Shown: positions 27,753 through 36,589, numbered from the stretch's first letter. The stretch is DNA of 64,000 nucleotides from Armatimonadota bacterium (GCA_029907255.1 JARYMF010000007.1:105541-169540); one strand, 5' to 3'. Notes: generated from the letters alone by a model not told the origin. Made by a program: numbers and translations.

Positions 27753-28696
27753 CCTGTGCTAAATGTACGATTTTATTTCCAGGGCACAAGCAAATTAACC
27801 GTAGGCGGTTCAACTGAATTAACGTTAATTGGATTTGCAAAATATTTGTAAATAGATTTCTTTTACATTTCTCGGAATTCCTGCACGCAAGGGAGCAAAA
27901 CAATACCAGACCAAAGGCAATTGTGCGCGGCAAGACACATTTGGGTGCTTCTGGGCTCACAATTGCACACATCTGACATGGAGAAATAGCTCCACCCAAA
28001 AGGGATGCTATGCAAGTAAACGTGCAGTTTCCGTACGGTATCTCTGACAGTGGCAGAGGTGGCGGTGGCATTGTTATCTGCTGCTTTATTAATCCATAAG
28101 GGTCTAGAAATGTTGTAGGCCAATACCCAACATATTCACGCAGGTTTACTCCACCAACATATGCAATCGAATCCATCGAAACGAAGCGGCCAACACTTGG
28201 ATCACAGTGCCTTGCCTTCAGGTAGGTGTAAACGTGTCGAATCAGCATAGTACCTGTATTGCCCGGCGAAACCGAGGTTTGGGGTTCCTCCGAAAGAGAC
28301 AAGCATGTTCCTATAAGCATCATAGACCGCTGCTTCGAGGATTGCTGGTGGTGTACTGCCATCACTCTTCACCCTCGTGCTCCCAATTCCATCCGCGTGG
28401 GGTAGATTTCCTGTGTCTCTTCCTTTATTCTGTTAAGCAGTCCAGGTTTAACATACTATGCGACGCTATTGCTAGTTTTTCCTTCAAATATCAGTAAAAT
28501 TCAGCAAGAAATCCATTGCCTGCCATCCCTGTTAGCCTTCCTTACCCTTATCCCATCCGTGTTATACATAGGTTGTCATAACACCACCGTTTGTCTTGGT
28601 AAGCTTGTTACCTTTGGTGTCATAGGTGAACGTGCAGTTGCCGGCAGTGGCGTACTCATAAGCAATCCATTTGCCATCCTGGGCTAGTGGGAGCAT
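27724..28696 (-). pseudogene. orphan Rhs/YD-repeat C-terminal fragment A with a Cys-rich C-terminal tail, multiply frameshifted
   Basis: The minus strand reads KWIAYEYATAGNCTFTYDTKGNKLTKTNGGVMTTYV*, then NTDGIRVRKANRDGRQ, then AVYDAYRNMLVSFGGTPNLGFAGQYRYYADSTR. The last segment is YTYLKARHCDPSVGRFVSMDSIAYVGGVNLREYVGYWPTTFLDPYGL followed by a 110-aa tail. Four frames are used. Confidence 0.75.
28503..28610. repeat. copy 2 of the roughly 110-nt imperfect direct repeat (Rhs core DNA)
   Basis: agcaagaaatccattgcctgccatccctgttagccttccttacccttatcccatc... has a 1-nt deletion relative to copy 1 that shifts the frame. Confidence 0.8.
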
Positions 28697-28794
28697 CTAG
28701 GATTGGGGAAATGGTTTATAATGAGAGCATTAATATACATGACTCATATTCGACCATGTATCAACGCGCATGAACTTGGCAGACGCCGTGGCTT

Positions 28795-29202
28795 TCACCG
28801 TTCGTCTTGGATAATCTCGGCTTCGAGCACGAATAAGGGTGAACGAGAGCGTACCAGCGATGCTTTCACTGTCACCATGCCGCCAACTCGCACAGGTTCC
28901 CTATATTCGACGTGTAGGTTCGCCGTTACTGCCGATATGCCCTTTATCAGCAGGCAGTTCGTCATGGCGGAATCGAGAACAGTAGCTATAATGCCGCCAT
29001 GTGCAATTCCTGGATAACTCTGATATCGGGCTTCGCAGAACCATTCGGCCGAAACGGTATCTTTGGCACTCACCTTAAATGTCAGACCTAGGCCGTCTTT
29101 GCCGTTCCCGCAGGCGAAACAGTTGCGGTAAAGGTCGGCAGCGCTGGTGCTCTCTTCTGCGTTTGATTGTTTTGCATTCTGCGGCAGTTCTAGTGATCGC
29201 AA
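28795..29202 (-). CDS. PaaI/hotdog-fold thioesterase
   Basis: CFACG...GLGLTF...GIAHGGIIATVLDSAM...VEYREPV is the hotdog pattern. I trimmed the ORF to TTG 29202, which has AGGAG 7 nt upstream. The long ORF version overlaps the NifX-like gene. Confidence 0.7.
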   Translation of the reverse strand: MRSLELPQNAKQSNAEESTSAADLYRNCFACGNGKDGLGLTFKVSAKDTVSAEWFCEARYQSYPGIAHGGIIATVLDSAMTNCLLIKGISAVTANLHVEYREPVRVGGMVTVKASLVRSRSPLFVLEAEIIQDER

Positions 29203-29245
29203 GGATTTGCTCCTGTCTCCAGCGTCCCATCGAGATACGCAGCTA

Positions 29246-29527
29246 CTATGTCGGCAGGAGGAGCAACGGATAGCCCACGCATACCTGAATTCCATTCTGT
29301 GCGAATAGGCCCTGGGCGCGGACTCCCATTCCTCCGGCGATAACAACAGTAACTCCCATCTCGTGCAGCCATCTCGGAAGCAGTCCGGGTTCATGTTCGG
29401 GCGCGGGAATCGTTTGTGTGTTGACGATTTCGTTGTTTTTAGGGTCAACATCCACAATCGTGAATTCATCGGAATGTCCGAAGTGAGGACAGAGAAGGCC
29501 ATTTGCAGTAGGTATAGCGATCTTCAT
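29246..29527 (-). CDS. NifX/NifB-C-terminal-like (dinitrogenase FeMo-cofactor-binding fold) protein
   Basis: MKIAIPT...HFGHSDEFTIVDV...PGLLPRWLHEMGVTVVIAGGMGVRAQGLF is typical of this small-protein family. Confidence 0.8.
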   Translation of the reverse strand: MKIAIPTANGLLCPHFGHSDEFTIVDVDPKNNEIVNTQTIPAPEHEPGLLPRWLHEMGVTVVIAGGMGVRAQGLFAQNGIQVCVGYPLLLLPT

Positions 29528-29564
29528 TTTAGGTATATACTACCTCCTTTATGTATTTGATTGG

Positions 29565-30455
29565 TTATTCCAGTTTGTGCTTTACAGCATTCCATAGCGA
29601 TTTGATATCGCTGGACGCAGGGCCGTTGTCATATTCGACAACGCTTTTACAAACTATCTGAGCCCGAGTGACTGCCTCGTCATAGCGAATTTCACCTAGG
29701 AAGCTTGTGTTCCGTTCGATACATCGTTCGCGGATCACCGCAGTCATTTCGGGATTGAGGTCACTTTTATTAATGCAGACTACTGTTGGAATCTTAAAAT
29801 AGGCGGCCAAATCAGCAACACGGTCCATGTCGTGTAGTCCAGATAGAGTCGGCTCCGTTACTATGAGTACCAAGCTTGCGCCGGTGGTGGAAGCTATGAC
29901 GGGGCAGCCGATGCCGGGCGGGCCATCGATTATGATTAGTTCGAGGCCGTTTTCTTCAGCGATTCTTTTTGCTTCTCTTCTGATTATCGTGACAAGCTTG
30001 CCGGAGTTCTCCTCGGCGAGCCCAAGCTTTGCGTGAACCATTGGGCCGTGTCTAGTTTCAGAGACGAACCATTCTCCGTTGATGCTTGGAAAGAAATTCA
30101 CAGCTTTGACGGGGCAGACGTAGACGCAGACTCCACAGCCTTCGCAAGCTATGGTATCAATCTGATAGGTCTTGCCGACGACGTCGTTTGGAGGGCCGTC
30201 GAAGCTAATAGCGTCAAATCGGCACATAGACGCGCACTTTCCACATCCTATGCATTTGTCGGCTAGGATTGACGCTTTCTTGCTACCGCTGAACTCCTCG
30301 CGGCGCACGATTTTGGGAGACAGCACTAGATGTAGGTCGGCGGCATCCACATCGCAGTCGGCAAGCACTTTGTTTTCTGCAAGAGCGGCGAACGAGGCGA
30401 CAACACTTGTTTTACCTGTTCCGCCCTTTCCGCTTATCACGACAAGCTCTTTCAC
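29565..30455 (-). CDS. MinD/ParA-type P-loop ATPase with an inserted 2x[4Fe-4S] ferredoxin domain
   Basis: The Walker A motif is ISGKGGTGKTS. Cluster motifs CIGCGKCASMC and CEGCGVCVYVCP lie between Walker A and the rest of the ATPase. Confidence 0.85.
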   Translation of the reverse strand: MKELVVISGKGGTGKTSVVASFAALAENKVLADCDVDAADLHLVLSPKIVRREEFSGSKKASILADKCIGCGKCASMCRFDAISFDGPPNDVVGKTYQIDTIACEGCGVCVYVCPVKAVNFFPSINGEWFVSETRHGPMVHAKLGLAEENSGKLVTIIRREAKRIAEENGLELIIIDGPPGIGCPVIASTTGASLVLIVTEPTLSGLHDMDRVADLAAYFKIPTVVCINKSDLNPEMTAVIRERCIERNTSFLGEIRYDEAVTRAQIVCKSVVEYDNGPASSDIKSLWNAVKHKLE

Positions 30456-30542
30456 GGATTCTTACCTTTCTTGTGTTTTTTTGTATCAGGTCCTGCGTAC
30501 ATAAAATATGGGGTTGCTGAATTAAGCCTAATTCCAGTCAAT

Positions 30543-31352
30543 TCATATGCACCAGGACATCCCAGCTTGGCCAATGGTAACTTGCGAGCCAAGATTGGAC
30601 CTGAGATACTGATATGCTTTCGCCCCTGTGCAGTGGCAGCAGGCTATCTGTCCTATATCCATGTTTTGCAGGAATACGGCGAGCGATTCCAGCCTGTCTT
30701 CATCTGCGTTGCCCAGATGAAATCCGCCTGCGAGTAGGTCAATACGCGTTACACCCGCCACATTCATTGCAGCGAGTACGTTGTTCTCGACTCCCCTGTG
30801 CGCACAGCCAACCAGCACGGCAAGCCTGCCGCCGTTTCGCACGATTAGACACTGTTCATCCTCAAAAGTGTCTTGCGTAAGTTCGTCATCGCCTGTTAGA
30901 AACCTGCTTTCGAATATGTGCGTTCCAGTAATTGGTGTAATCTCTCCACTCAGAATCACACCTGGCAGAACTTCGACCGCCGATTTGTTGAGCGCGAAAG
31001 CTGCTTTCCGCAGCACGACTTCCGCAGGCATTCCAATGTAACGCATCCCAACTGTTGATTGCGCGTACTTCGGTTGAAAACATGCAGGGTGTGCAAAGTA
31101 TGCTATCCCAGGCAATTCCTTCATTGCTCTAATCAGTCCGCCGGTATGATCGTAGTGCCCATGGCTGAGACCTATGGCTTTTATCGCTCCGGGCTCGCGT
31201 CCAAGAGCAATTAAGTTGTGTAGCCACGCGTCGGTCTGCCCAGTGTCGAACATGACTGCCCCATCGTTGGTTTCAACGAGAAAGCTCAGTCCGTGTTCCG
31301 ACTTTAGTCTGTCACTTGCTGCTTCGTTATCAACAAGGAGTGTTATTTTCAT
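30543..31352 (-). CDS. MBL-fold metallo-hydrolase
   Basis: LVDN...HGLSFLVE...LSHGHYDHTGGL motif. ATG 31352 overlaps the Mrp gene end by 23 nt. Confidence 0.75.
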   Translation of the reverse strand: MKITLLVDNEAASDRLKSEHGLSFLVETNDGAVMFDTGQTDAWLHNLIALGREPGAIKAIGLSHGHYDHTGGLIRAMKELPGIAYFAHPACFQPKYAQSTVGMRYIGMPAEVVLRKAAFALNKSAVEVLPGVILSGEITPITGTHIFESRFLTGDDELTQDTFEDEQCLIVRNGGRLAVLVGCAHRGVENNVLAAMNVAGVTRIDLLAGGFHLGNADEDRLESLAVFLQNMDIGQIACCHCTGAKAYQYLRSNLGSQVTIGQAGMSWCI

Positions 31353-32169
31353 CACGTGGTCCAGCTGTTTGCGCTTGTTTTATCGCCGTCAGCCGGCTTA
31401 TAATCAAATCAATTTTATCGGCAATAGGGTTTAACATGTGGTCTTCAATTGTCCCAGCATCGGAATGGGACGATATTTCTGGGTCAATCGGCAAGTCGAC
31501 CAGGTGAGGAATCCCCATATCGCGGGCGATATGTTCCCCATTAGAGTTTCCGAATGGGTAGTTGACACTGCCGCATTTTGGACACCTAAGCCATGCCATG
31601 TTTTGAACTAGCCCGAGAATAGGTGCGTTCATCTTTCGACACATATCCACTGCCTTCCGCACAACCATTGCGGCTAGTTCCTGTGGCGAGGTTACTATTA
31701 CCACGCTGTCCAGGGGAAGTGACTGCATTACGGTGAGAGGGACATCGGCCGTGCCGGGTGGGAGGTCTGCCAACAGATAGTCAAGCTTGCCCCAGAACAC
31801 ATCCTTCCAAAACTGCTTGACCGCATTTGAGATTAAAGGGCCGCGCCAAATCACGGCCTCATAGGGGCTGTCGAGCAACAGATTGATGGAAATAACTCTT
31901 ATTCCGGAGCTAGTCTTGACTGGGAATATGCCAAACTCATTTATCTCAGGCCTTTCAGCTATTCCGAACATTTTCGGAATGCTTGGGCCGGTAACGTCCG
32001 CGTCAAGTATCCCGACCTCGTGTCCAGCTTTTCTGAGAGCGCAGGCAAGCAGGCTGGTAACAAGCGATTTGCCTACGCCTCCTTTGCCGCTCATTACGCC
32101 TAGCACATTAGCAACCTCGTTCGATTGCTCGGCTAGCGTGAGATGGTCGGTGGTTCGTACATCCGCCAT
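31330..32169 (-). CDS. Mrp/NBP35/ApbC-type Fe-S cluster carrier ATPase
   Basis: GVMSGKGGVGKS Walker A and a downstream CPKCG motif. GGAGG lies 5 nt upstream of ATG 32169, which begins immediately after the radical-SAM stop (TAA at 32171-32173). Confidence 0.85.
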   Translation of the reverse strand: MADVRTTDHLTLAEQSNEVANVLGVMSGKGGVGKSLVTSLLACALRKAGHEVGILDADVTGPSIPKMFGIAERPEINEFGIFPVKTSSGIRVISINLLLDSPYEAVIWRGPLISNAVKQFWKDVFWGKLDYLLADLPPGTADVPLTVMQSLPLDSVVIVTSPQELAAMVVRKAVDMCRKMNAPILGLVQNMAWLRCPKCGSVNYPFGNSNGEHIARDMGIPHLVDLPIDPEISSHSDAGTIEDHMLNPIADKIDLIISRLTAIKQAQTAGPRDENNTPC

Positions 32170-32170
32170 T

Positions 32171-33124
32171 TTATCCTCCAATCACACAACGATAGTAAGG
32201 GTCAGTGTCCCCGATTTGTTCTATGAGTCCTTCTTGCATGAGATGTTGCAGATGCTTTGTAACCTCGTGAATATTTCGGCCTGAAGCAGTGACAATATCG
32301 TCTATGGTGCAAGGCCTTCTGGAGAGCATCCGCATTAGCTCGTCTCTGACCTCCTGCCATTGCCACCTATCAGCAGGCATTACCACTCCGCCTGCGATAA
32401 TCTCGACCGAGCCACCGAAGGTTTCACATGCTCTTCTAAGCGTCTCTGATGAGACGCGCTTGGCGTCTCCGGATTTTGATGGTCTTTCAACCGTGTTTAA
32501 CTGCAATTTGTCGGGACAGACCAGTCGGACAACTTCGTGCATCGCACGAAGTTCGGCATCTGAGTCATTGACTCCCTTGACTAGCATAATCTCCAGCCAG
32601 ATTTTGCCAGGGAACTCTTGTGCTGTTTGCACAAGACCTTCGGTCATTCTGGCGAAACTGATGCCGGGCGCAGGTCTATTTACTGCATGAAAAGTATGCT
32701 GAGTTCCAGCGTCCAAGGAAGGTAGCAAAACGTCTGCCATCGAAACTGCGTCACGTATTTCGACATTGTCGAGCAGCGAACCATTCGTAATCACAGCTAA
32801 TGGAATATTGGTGAGTTTCTTTATCGCCCGAATCATCTCGCCAAGATCAATGTTTAGCGTAGGTTCGCCGGAGCCTGCGAATGTGATGTAATCAGCGATT
32901 CCACCGTGTTGCACCCAATGCTCAATCTCTCTAATAACATCTGGTGCGTCGACAAGCCGTTCAGGCGTGGAAGTCAGTTTGGTGGTGCATCCGAGCTGAC
33001 AATAGATACAGTCGTAGCTACAGACTTTGTGCGGCACGATGTCTACCCCCAGCGACCGTCCAAGTCGCCTGGATGGCACTGGCCCATATAGGTATTTATA
33101 TTTTACAGGGGCTTTTGCGCTCAT
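32171..33124 (-). CDS. radical SAM enzyme with a C-terminal winged-helix-like extension
   Basis: CSYDCIYC (CxxxCxxC), GSGEPTL, and a C-terminal tail ...LSRRPCTIDDIVTASGRNIHEVTKHLQHLMQEG. The start is ATG 33124, and a longer ORF to 33208 is possible. Confidence 0.8.
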   Translation of the reverse strand: MSAKAPVKYKYLYGPVPSRRLGRSLGVDIVPHKVCSYDCIYCQLGCTTKLTSTPERLVDAPDVIREIEHWVQHGGIADYITFAGSGEPTLNIDLGEMIRAIKKLTNIPLAVITNGSLLDNVEIRDAVSMADVLLPSLDAGTQHTFHAVNRPAPGISFARMTEGLVQTAQEFPGKIWLEIMLVKGVNDSDAELRAMHEVVRLVCPDKLQLNTVERPSKSGDAKRVSSETLRRACETFGGSVEIIAGGVVMPADRWQWQEVRDELMRMLSRRPCTIDDIVTASGRNIHEVTKHLQHLMQEGLIEQIGDTDPYYRCVIGG

Positions 33125-33254
33125 TATGTCTCTGTCGGCCTTTCCTAATAGGTAATAGAAAACAACATGCGGGCGTTCTTTGCCGCTTTGAGCCTTTTGA
33201 AATCGCAATTAAAGCTACGCTGTCTCTACTTTTATCCTGCGAATCTTTCTTTTG

Positions 33255-33893
33255 TCAGTCTTCTTCTAGCTGTGCTTTCGAAAGAGCTTCAGCGATTGCC
33301 CTCTCATCTAAAACGCCAAACAGCTCATTGGCTGCCGTCTTCTTTCCTGAAGCAACCCACGCGCGTGTGATAGTGAACTCCTTGGTCTCAACACTATCGA
33401 ACGATGAGCGCAAATGCTGGTCGATGTCTTCGGTGGACATCTCGCCCTTTCGGTGTTTCCCCTTGCCTTGCATCTGATGGTGCAGTTCCATCAACTCAAA
33501 TCCCTTTGCATTGAACTCCACTATGAGTAGCCTTCCATTATCAGCTAGCACCCGTGTTATTTCGTCAAGCACACCGCTTGGATTGTCAATTTCATGGATG
33601 GCATTCACAAAAGTTATTGCGTGGAAACTGCCTTCATCGAACGGAAGCTTGTGTGCATCCAAGATTACAAGCGTGGGTTTATCGGCTAGACTGCCGAGTC
33701 GCTCCCTGGTTTTGTCCAATGCCTCTTGGTTGATGTCGCCTGATATCACCGAATATCCCCGCTTTAGAATCTGCAAGAGCATTCGGCCTGAGCCGGTGGC
33801 GACATCCAGGACCGTATCCCTAGTATCGAAGCTTGCAAGGTCAAGCGCCGCATCGTACTCGCTGACAAGCACAGCCTCCCGCTCGTACAGCAT
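33255..33893 (-). CDS. class I SAM-dependent methyltransferase
   Basis: VLDVATGSGRM (motif I) ...ISGDIN... pattern. ATG 33893 lies 4 nt after the MinD-ferredoxin stop. Confidence 0.8.
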   Translation of the reverse strand: MLYEREAVLVSEYDAALDLASFDTRDTVLDVATGSGRMLLQILKRGYSVISGDINQEALDKTRERLGSLADKPTLVILDAHKLPFDEGSFHAITFVNAIHEIDNPSGVLDEITRVLADNGRLLIVEFNAKGFELMELHHQMQGKGKHRKGEMSTEDIDQHLRSSFDSVETKEFTITRAWVASGKKTAANELFGVLDERAIAEALSKAQLEED

Positions 33894-33897
33894 CTTT

Positions 33898-34761
33898 TCA
33901 AGATTGGAGTTGCGCAATAGTAACACCTTTCAGCAGCGATTCGAACGCCGCGGTATATTCGGGCAGTGCCTCGATGATAAGTTTGCCTCGCGAGTAAGCT
34001 TCTGCAATTCGTTTGTCGTCAGGTATTTGCAAAAGCACCTCAATGGACTCGCTGGCGCAGTAGTCGAAAACGGCTTCGTCGCCAATATCGGCACGGTTTA
34101 CAACAACCCCAAATGGCAGCTTCAGTACCCTGAGCATCTCAACGGCCAGCTTCAAATCATTTAGGCCAAACGGTGTCGGCTCAGTAACAAGGAGCACATA
34201 ATTAGCTCCTCTCACTGATTGTATTACCGGGCAGGAAGTGCCGGGGGGAGCATCGATTATGTTCAAACCGCCGTCTGTTTTTTTCTTTCTGACTTCTCTT
34301 ATAAGAGGTGGTGACATCGCCTCGCCAATTCTGAGCTTCCCATGCACAAATTTAATTCCGTTCGCCGTTCCCTCTTCAACAACTCCTACTTCGCGGCCAG
34401 CCTCGGTTATTGCGCCTGTCGGACAGACCAGCACACAACCGCCACATCCATGGCATAGATTTGGAAATGTGAGGACAGTTTTGCCGAGTAGTGCTATCGC
34501 GCTGTACTGGCATATCTCCTTGCACTTTCCGCAAGCCGTACATTTGTCCTTATCCACAACGGGAACGGGAACAAAAACGGAGGTCGTTTTCTCAAGCATA
34601 GGCTTCAGGAATATGTGGCCGTTCGGTTCCTCAACGTCGCAGTCAAGGTAGCTGACGTCAAATCCCTGCATTTCCGCAACGCGCGCCAAATTAGTCGCTA
34701 TGGTTGTCTTGCCGGTGCCGCCTTTCCCGCTGGCCACCGCAATGGTAGTTGTATTTATCAC
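33898..34761 (-). CDS. MinD/ParA-type P-loop ATPase with an inserted 2x[4Fe-4S] ferredoxin domain (paralog)
   Basis: ASGKGGTGKTT Walker A, with CTACGKCKEIC and CHGCGGCVLVCP cluster motifs. GTG 34761 lies 2 nt after the upstream TAA. Confidence 0.85.
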   Translation of the reverse strand: MINTTTIAVASGKGGTGKTTIATNLARVAEMQGFDVSYLDCDVEEPNGHIFLKPMLEKTTSVFVPVPVVDKDKCTACGKCKEICQYSAIALLGKTVLTFPNLCHGCGGCVLVCPTGAITEAGREVGVVEEGTANGIKFVHGKLRIGEAMSPPLIREVRKKKTDGGLNIIDAPPGTSCPVIQSVRGANYVLLVTEPTPFGLNDLKLAVEMLRVLKLPFGVVVNRADIGDEAVFDYCASESIEVLLQIPDDKRIAEAYSRGKLIIEALPEYTAAFESLLKGVTIAQLQS

Positions 34762-34763
34762 TT

Positions 34764-35123
34764 TTACCAGTGCTTCTCCACATCAGCAGAGTCTATTGGG
34801 TTTAGCTTTCCAGACTTGAACTCCTCAATAGCTTCTCCAACAGTGCCTTGAAACCCCACGTAAGTTCTGATTCCCGCAGCCGACAGAACGCGGAAAGCGT
34901 TCGGTCCCACGTGACCTGTTAGAACTGCTTCGACGTTCAGTAAAACAACATTCTGGGCTGTCTGTATCCCCGCGCCCTGTACGGCGTTCAGGTTGACTTC
35001 GTTATCATGCACCTCGGTATTTCCGGTCTCAGTGTCAATGACTATGAGATACCGAGCACGTCCGAACCTTTGGTCAACATTGCTTTCAATAGACGGTTCT
35101 TTTGCAGTGATTGCCACTCTCAT
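34764..35123 (-). CDS. NifX/NifB-C-terminal-like protein
   Basis: DQRFGRARYLIVIDTE...GAGIQTAQ...LTGHVGPNAFRVLSAAGI. The ATG overlaps the upstream TGA (TGATG). Confidence 0.8.
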   Translation of the reverse strand: MRVAITAKEPSIESNVDQRFGRARYLIVIDTETGNTEVHDNEVNLNAVQGAGIQTAQNVVLLNVEAVLTGHVGPNAFRVLSAAGIRTYVGFQGTVGEAIEEFKSGKLNPIDSADVEKHW

Positions 35124-35371
35124 CAGAAAGTGCGTCTCCTGCCTCGGCCTTGTCTTCGGCCACCTCCCATACCACGACCGCCTCCTCGGCGAATGCCATA
35201 GGCTCCAAGGCCGAAACTGCCAAGTGTCCCTTGCAGTATTTTTCCAAGCCAGCTAATTGGCTGCTGTGGGGTCGCTTGTGAACTATTAGTTCCAAGAGGG
35301 TTACAAGGCCCTTGTCCTCTACCCGTCATAGGTCCTTGTCCAGCAGGACCTGTTCCATCCATTCCTGGCAT
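35123..35371 (-). CDS. DUF5320-like glycine-rich small protein (82 aa) with an Arg/Gly tail
   Basis: GGAGG lies 8 nt upstream of ATG 35371. It translates to MPGMDGTGPAGQGPMTGRGQGPC...RRGGGRGMGGGRRQGRGRRRTF*. Confidence 0.65.
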   Translation of the reverse strand: MPGMDGTGPAGQGPMTGRGQGPCNPLGTNSSQATPQQPISWLGKILQGTLGSFGLGAYGIRRGGGRGMGGGRRQGRGRRRTF

Positions 35372-35393
35372 CTGATTAACCTCCGTTAGATAT

Positions 35394-35852
35394 TTACCAT
35401 CCGCCACGCCCACGGCCTCCACGACCCATGCCTCGGCCGAGGCCCATACCGCCGCCCATGCCCATTCCTGGTCCTTGGCTGGGAGGGGCATTCATTCCAA
35501 AGTGGGCTGCAACTGTCGGCGCAGAGATTTCTTGTAGTGCTCCTGCTTTGAGTAGATTCACTGCGTTCCTCACGGTTTCTCCCGCGCACGAGTATACCTT
35601 GATTCCAGCCGCAGAGAGCGCTTGGTACGCATTCGGACCCAGATTGCCGGCTATCACGGCCGACACCCCAAGGGATGAGAGCACTTGTGCCGCTTGAATT
35701 CCCGCGCCTTGCGCCGACATTGCCCCAGGGTTTTGGACGGCAGATGCATCGAACGTCTCTGTGTCAACAATGACGAAATACGCACACCTGCCAAATCTGG
35801 GGTCAACCAGCGCATCGAGTGTGTTGCCTGTTGAGCAAACTGCTACTTTCAT
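35394..35852 (-). CDS. NifX/NifB-C-terminal-like protein with a Gly/Met/Arg-rich C-terminal tail
   Basis: DPRFGRCAYFVIVDTE...GAGIQAAQ...IAGNLGPNAYQALSAAGI, followed by PPSQGPGMGMGGGMGLGRGMGRGGRGRGGW*. Confidence 0.8.
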   Translation of the reverse strand: MKVAVCSTGNTLDALVDPRFGRCAYFVIVDTETFDASAVQNPGAMSAQGAGIQAAQVLSSLGVSAVIAGNLGPNAYQALSAAGIKVYSCAGETVRNAVNLLKAGALQEISAPTVAAHFGMNAPPSQGPGMGMGGGMGLGRGMGRGGRGRGGW

Positions 35853-36154
35853 TTGGGTTTCGTTCCTTTCAAATAAGTTTTTCAAGTTACGATTTCATTT
35901 GTGAAGCTGAGCAGAAGGCCGGTGCCGGCTCCTGCTCAGAGTACGAATGACAGTCATAAGTCTTCGTTTCCTCGTTTTCGGTTAGGCATGTCTTTACGGC
36001 GACAGTCGCATTTTGACCACGAACGGCTGACACTAAGAAATTATCTTTTCATGCGCTGCCGCTGTCTGTCCACGACTATAAAGCATGCCAACTAGCTGAA
36101 TAGGGGATCTATCCTCGAATCGGGCATGCTGTTTATTGAATACGCCAGCTCCTA

Positions 36155-36457
36155 TTATTTGGTCTGAGCTTTTTCCAGATTCTCAATCTGGGACTTAATG
36201 GTAGCGAGTTGCTGTTCGAGTATCTCGGCTTGCTTCCTCAGGAACTCCAGCCGCGTCTGCGGCTCAAAGCCTGGCCAGCCACCTGGAGCGCCAGATTGTG
36301 CCATTGGCGCCGCTTGAAAAGTAGGCCACCGACCAGTTATGAGGTACTCTGCACAAGGGCCCAGCCCTGTCGCGCTCCGACCGACCCAACCGGGGCTGTA
36401 GCCGAATCGCATCCATCCAGGCAAGCCTGTAAGATAATACATGTTCCGATATCTCAT
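36155..36457 (-). CDS. DUF5320-like protein, C-terminal-half type (GLPGW motif plus coiled coil)
   Basis: AGGAGGT lies 6 nt upstream of ATG 36457. It carries YYLTGLPGWMRFGY and a C-terminal heptad-like LEFLRKQAEILEQQLATIKSQIENLEKA. Confidence 0.65.
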   Translation of the reverse strand: MRYRNMYYLTGLPGWMRFGYSPGWVGRSATGLGPCAEYLITGRWPTFQAAPMAQSGAPGGWPGFEPQTRLEFLRKQAEILEQQLATIKSQIENLEKAQTK

Positions 36458-36589
36458 CGTTCTACCTCCTTTTGCCGCCTTAACGGCGAATTAGCAATTT
36501 CTTAATTTCTCAAGAGATTGCAACTTTTGGTCTTTTCAAGCCGATTCTTGCCACCGCTAGCTGCTATCCCAACGCTGATAGGTGCGACC

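Noticed and set aside
25578-28795. Reading the region as a classical integrase-borne genomic island at tRNA-Glu
   Set aside because: No integrase or recombinase ORF is present. I could not find a direct repeat of the tRNA 3' end at the distal boundary by eye. I only claim decayed Rhs cassettes next to a tRNA.
28795-29502. The full 235-aa version of the thioesterase ORF
   Set aside because: Its N-terminal 100 aa overlap the NifX-like gene (29246-29527) in another frame and have no hotdog-fold similarity. I trimmed it to TTG 29202, which has an AGGAG RBS.
32944-34164. Long plus-strand ORFs of 177 and 217 aa opposite the radical SAM, methyltransferase and MinD genes
   Set aside because: They have no RBS and Ser/Leu/Arg-rich composition. 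They fully overlap well-supported minus-strand genes, so I treat them as shadows.
35007-35697. Pro-rich plus-strand ORFs (for example PPPIPRPPPRRMP and MPRPRPIPPPMPIPGPW)
   Set aside because: They are the mirror image of the Gly-rich minus-strand coding, since GGN codons read as NCC on the other strand. The minus-strand genes have RBSs and family motifs.
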